Shown piece after piece: positions 62,601-64,000 of a DNA stretch of 64,000 nucleotides (within the stretch, counting starts at the first letter, position 1; every line of letters starts with the position of its first letter). The translations under genes were made by a program, and so were the position numbers. Below the pieces are notes generated by a model. The model made no database searches and was not told the origin of the DNA. It was given only the letters and a program-made list of their open reading frames with translations. This stretch comes from Botryllus schlosseri. Its lineage: Eukaryota. The stretch is from positions 9,300,001-9,364,000 of the forward strand of contig CM119382.1 of NCBI GenBank assembly GCA_051294905.1, read 5' to 3'.

Positions 62601-63808
62601 AATCCCACATGGTGATCTTATACTTACATTGATAGATATCTTGTTGCTTGAATTCAGAACAACACCACCTTTCTCCCACATCACTTTCGGTGCCGGATTT
62701 CCCTTGAAATACGCTTTCAACGTAACCGAATGCCCAGATCGCACGGATATCACATCTCTGTAGTCGGCGTCGACAAACACACGTGCCGGAATAACGTCGT
62801 CCTTCACCAAGACGGCATCGGTAGATTCTGACGGCATGCTTACACTACCCGCTGCGTTTACGGCGACAACGCGAAACTCGTATTCGTTGTTTTCCGTGAG
62901 ATTGCCAATATCATATTCGCAATGGATAACCTGGAATGTGAGAAACCAAGTTGGTAAATTAAATCACATTTGATCATGGTGGTTTGATATCGTTCATTTT
63001 CCATAGCGGGAAAATTGAAAAGAGCGTATAGTTATTCATTCTATATGTAAGCAGAGTAGAATTATCCATTTATCAGATTTTTATACATTCAATAACTAAT
63101 ATTAGAACACGTCGTCCAATATTCAATGATTTTTATGTATTCTATGTTGCGGGAGCAGCAACCAGCGTACTTTAAATGAATCTGTCCAGCATGCCAGTGA
63201 TTCCGGTAACAAGCGCACCTAAATCTGCTATTATTTACGCAAAACAAAGCCTTTTAGTTATCCTGAAAGAATAGAAACTGATTCCAATTTTGCAAATTTT
63301 CACTCTTTGATTTTATACAATACAATGTGACAGCAACTTGAACAATAAAGTGACATTGAAATATAGTGGCTGCTATAACCTGTGGTTATAAGTAGTGAAG
63401 TACTTTCTACTCTTGTCACATACTCAAGTAAGTTTTGCCATACTCACTCAAGGTTTCGATGTTAGACTATTTCAACTATGCGTTATTTGAGCAAAACTAG
63501 GCCTAGAATAGTAACTTTGAAATAGTTACATCTATTTGAGTACCAAGGGTGACTAAGTTTACCACCAGGTTCACTACATGGTTTTATTCGCCGCACCTTA
63601 TTGAAATTAGCTTTCATCCAGTGCCCATCTGGAAGATCCAGTTTCTCCACAAAATATCCGGTAATTTTGGCACCGCCGTCATATTCTGGTTTTGTCCACT
63701 GTAGAGTTACGCTGGAATTGGTAATTTTCGTCGGCACAACGTCTCTTGGCGGTTCAATCGGATCTCGAGTCATCACCGGGTCCGACATCTTGCTTTTCTT
63801 GCTGAGAC
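5364..63808 (-). CDS. TTN: Titin/connectin, 3' portion (A-band C-zone to M-band); 5' part extends beyond the window
   Basis: 114 exons traced by hand; every exon length fits the flanking intron phases and no internal stop was seen (25,004 nt, about 8,330 codons). Domain order: 72 Ig/Fn3 domains in 11-domain super-repeats, kinase, then four Ig domains with titin M-band signatures (RSYKGKSVAKLKIES; PEFTLPLYNRT; RPSFRRLL...FEIRVSG). The 11-domain repeat and M1-M4 identify titin rather than twitchin/projectin. Confidence 0.96.
6671..9860 (-). CDS. TTN: Titin M-band is2-like unstructured insertion between M3 and M4
   Basis: Exons 8988-9315, 8690-8920, 8273-8370, 7950-8075, 7277-7558, 6875-7000 and 6636-6737, all phase-compatible. 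Charged low-complexity sequence with motifs SMPYVMP, PRSASKWYKK, YLKPVDEYL and EELTRPVSDL. Confidence 0.85.
8150..8220 (-). repeat. 71-bp dispersed repeat, copy 1, with hammerhead-like core motifs
   Basis: 66/71 identical to 48436-48506, same orientation. The minus strand contains CTGACGA-GTGTCAGCC-GAAA-ATATTC. Confidence 0.8.
9843..12780 (-). CDS. TTN: Titin M1, M2 and M3 Ig domains
   Basis: Exons 12680-13057 (3' part), 11888-12076, 11662-11828, 11215-11427, 10098-10230 and 9843-10043. I-set motifs: DDSTYRCKVENSFG; PEFTLPLYNRTVFEG...DDAGDIVVIARNSYG; RPSFRRLLTNQ...DAGVYKVTATNAAG. Confidence 0.92.
10277..10362. repeat. TACTCAAGTA/AGTAGAAGTA dispersed repeat family (probable MITE remnants)
   Basis: GAGGTG..AGTAGTCAG and CTACTCAAGTAGAAGTAGAAG. 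Related motifs at about 5485-5530, 11075-11155, 12470-12630, 40030-40242, 46760-46830, 61480-61557 and 63385-63430; some end in TTACTGACCACCTC-like sequence. Boundaries are approximate. Confidence 0.55.
10363..10800. mobile_element. GACTCGA-rich MITE, copy 2
   Basis: Ends CATGGTTGTAA and TTACAACCCTG, with GACTCGAGTC palindromic sub-repeats. Shares internal sequence with 3570-3996 and 24571-24778. Confidence 0.8.
12781..14696 (-). CDS. TTN: Titin kinase domain and C-terminal regulatory tail
   Basis: Exons 14454-14696, 13669-13779, 13234-13613 and 12680-13057. Motifs: LGRGAFGNV, WAAKIV, REIAIM, HLDIKPEN, LVDFGVSRQLKPG, YGTPDFCAPE, DMWSVGV, HPWL. The tail IPTILHRKFF...GRLAFGGSLRSYKGKSVAKLKI matches the titin CRD. 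Confidence 0.95.
15320..16809 (-). CDS. TTN: Titin P-zone: Fn3-Ig-Ig-Fn3 (A167-A170 equivalents) plus kinase N-linker
   Basis: Exons 16750-16977 (3' part), 16500-16696 and 15320-16340. KVTGHPKPIIKWY, VPAKV, NRFGSDQATVELIVADVP and TKEDPTMAATYDEMVD match A168-A170 and the NL segment. Confidence 0.92.
16810..21059 (-). CDS. TTN: Last, truncated C-zone super-repeat (7 domains: Ig-Fn-Fn-Ig-Fn-Fn-Fn)
   Basis: Exons 20774-21095, 20548-20710, 19988-20144, 19829-19931, 19326-19490, 19119-19266, 18862-18998, 18579-18753, 18391-18515, 18146-18279, 17430-17554, 17202-17373 and 16750-16977. Confidence 0.9.
16978..17201 (-). other. GC-AG intron in titin
   Basis: Donor AAG|GCAAGT at 17201 joins EMKK to DEDMWRRC in phase 0. 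No GT donor in the correct phase precedes the intronic stop. Confidence 0.8.
21060..27309 (-). CDS. TTN: C-zone 11-domain super-repeat (5th complete repeat in window)
   Basis: Exons 27026-27332, 25990-26193, 25515-25904, 25309-25449, 25096-25242, 24839-25026, 24409-24520, 24061-24255, 23795-23999, 23534-23733, 23364-23473, 23045-23225, 22835-22979, 22575-22729, 22362-22512, 21898-22061, 21688-21838 and 21154-21277. Confidence 0.9.
24571..24778. mobile_element. GACTCGA-rich MITE, truncated copy 3 (left part)
   Basis: AGGGTGGTAATGACTCGACTCGAGTC start; GGACGGCCAAGACAGACATTTCATTGTA...GATACTTGGAAAA matches about 10468-10560. Confidence 0.75.
26340..26751. mobile_element. MITE with long imperfect TIRs (hAT-type TSD)
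   Basis: TAGGGTTGTTCAAAA / TTTTGAACAACCCTA, with inverted similarity extending about 90-100 bp. Perfect 8-bp TSD ATGTACAC at 26332-26339 and 26752-26759. Confidence 0.92.
27310..35304 (-). CDS. TTN: C-zone 11-domain super-repeat (4th complete)
   Basis: Exons 35183-35332, 34952-35116, 34708-34892, 34097-34199, 33605-34036, 33162-33308, 32678-32978, 31898-32102, 30454-30670, 30220-30387, 30004-30155, 29064-29354, 28554-29001, 28138-28278 and 27818-28005. Confidence 0.9.
35305..43497 (-). CDS. TTN: C-zone 11-domain super-repeat (3rd complete)
   Basis: Exons 43437-43597, 43067-43307, 42799-42989, 42239-42425, 41381-41635, 41189-41323, 40584-40765, 40325-40520, 39634-39968, 39423-39574, 38604-38714, 38021-38308, 36920-37219, 36630-36810, 36130-36251 and 35399-35707. 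Confidence 0.9.
43498..50237 (-). CDS. TTN: C-zone 11-domain super-repeat (2nd complete)
   Basis: Exons 50105-50267, 49904-50050, 49292-49521, 49057-49230, 47906-48360, 47373-47578, 47171-47311, 46939-47112, 45696-46351, 45417-45633, 45217-45357, 44871-45004 and 44251-44608. Confidence 0.9.
48436..48506 (-). repeat. 71-bp dispersed repeat, copy 2
   Basis: 66/71 identical to 8150-8220. CTGACGA at 48487-48493 on the minus strand; the GAAA motif is mutated to CAAA. Confidence 0.8.
50238..58423 (-). CDS. TTN: C-zone 11-domain super-repeat (1st complete)
   Basis: Exons 57918-58740 (3' part), 57419-57618, 57041-57288, 56192-56327, 55749-56131, 55046-55231, 54761-54971, 54134-54424, 53648-53816, 53368-53588, 51896-52154, 51659-51840 and 50809-51124. 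Confidence 0.9.
50383..50688 (-). mobile_element. tRNA-derived SINE, copy 1
   Basis: Minus-strand head AGATAGCGTAATGGTTAAGCG (A box)...GGGTTCGATTCCCGGCC (B box), then GGGTCAGACCAAAGAC...CTTCCCTGCTTTGCGCTCA. Body is homologous to 53846-54131. Confidence 0.85.
53846..54131 (-). mobile_element. tRNA-derived SINE, copy 2
   Basis: Same head (AAGATAGCGTAATG...GGGTTCAATCCCTG) and same 3' body (plus-strand TCCTTGATGTTT.TACGGCATATACACCGACT) as copy 1. Short related fragments at about 13130-13185 and 48827-48845 (opposite strand). Confidence 0.85.
56592..56618. repeat. (AT)n microsatellite
   Basis: About 13 uninterrupted AT units in a titin intron. Confidence 0.95.
58424..63808 (-). CDS. TTN: Partial C-zone super-repeat (positions 6-11: Fn-Fn-Ig-Fn-Fn-Fn)
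   Basis: Exons 63597-63808, 62628-62930, 61643-61954, 59494-59710, 59216-59431 and the 5' part of 57918-58740. The position-7 signature (W.KANF...AVNAAGSVSMPS) recurs every 11 domains. Confidence 0.9.
59432..59493 (-). other. GC-AG intron in titin (62 bp)
   Basis: GAAG|GCAAGT...CCCAG|GCTAC gives CDIEGYIIEY. The nearby GT donor is out of frame. Confidence 0.85.
60510..61263. repeat. Pair of about 300-bp direct repeats (60510-60814, 60959-61263) with an unrelated spacer
   Basis: Offset 449 bp; I count 5 substitutions between the copies. The spacer 60815-60958 is not duplicated. Confidence 0.9.
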
Positions 63809-64000
63809 CTGCATGATAACAATCAAGGCATCGGGCAAAAAGCAACAGCCATTTAGTGTTTCAATAGTGCAAATCGAAATAAGCGCAAGATAGAATGTTT
63901 TAACAAAGTTGAAGGAAAATTGAAAATGATGCACAATATCATCCCTGTAGTGCATGAGATATATCAACTTTAGAGTCGGTATTGTAAGAGAAATTCAAAA

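Noticed and set aside
12781-63808. Calling the giant gene twitchin/projectin, obscurin or MLCK because its kinase has a canonical DFG
   Set aside because: The 11-domain C-zone super-repeat, A168-A170 signatures, CRD tail and M1-M4/is2 motifs are titin-specific. Twitchin has Fn-Fn-Ig repeats and lacks these.
5364-63808. Pseudogene or frameshifted assembly, suggested by the fragmented ORF track
   Set aside because: All traced exons join in consistent phase without stops once two GC-AG introns are allowed. The fragmentation is due to introns.

Overview
AT-rich, intron-dense eukaryotic DNA. About 58 kb of the minus strand (5364-63808) is the 3' portion of a vertebrate-type titin/connectin gene. 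By hand I traced 114 GT/GC-AG exons that join into one frame-consistent reading frame (25,004 coding nt, about 8,300 aa). It encodes, N to C: the end of one 11-domain C-zone super-repeat, five complete Ig-Fn-Fn-Ig-Fn-Fn-Fn-Ig-Fn-Fn-Fn repeats, a last repeat cut after domain 7, a shortened P-zone (Fn-Ig-Ig-Fn), a kinase, M1-M3, an is2-like insertion and M4, then an apparent stop. The gene begins beyond the right edge of the window. The left edge holds the last three exons of a convergent plus-strand GH31 glycosidase (MYORG-like). Introns carry several hAT-type MITE families (three copies with perfect 8-bp TSDs), tRNA-derived SINEs, a 300-bp direct-repeat pair and a 71-bp repeat with hammerhead-ribozyme core motifs. 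Chordate-type titin with short AT-rich introns suggests an invertebrate chordate, probably an ascidian (inference). Most notable: the kinase looks catalytically intact, unlike the vertebrate pseudokinase; A160-A166 equivalents and apparently M5-M10 are absent; and acidic loop insertions recur at exact 11-domain periodicity. Comparisons to human titin are from recalled sequence, not a run alignment. Coordinates are hand-derived.
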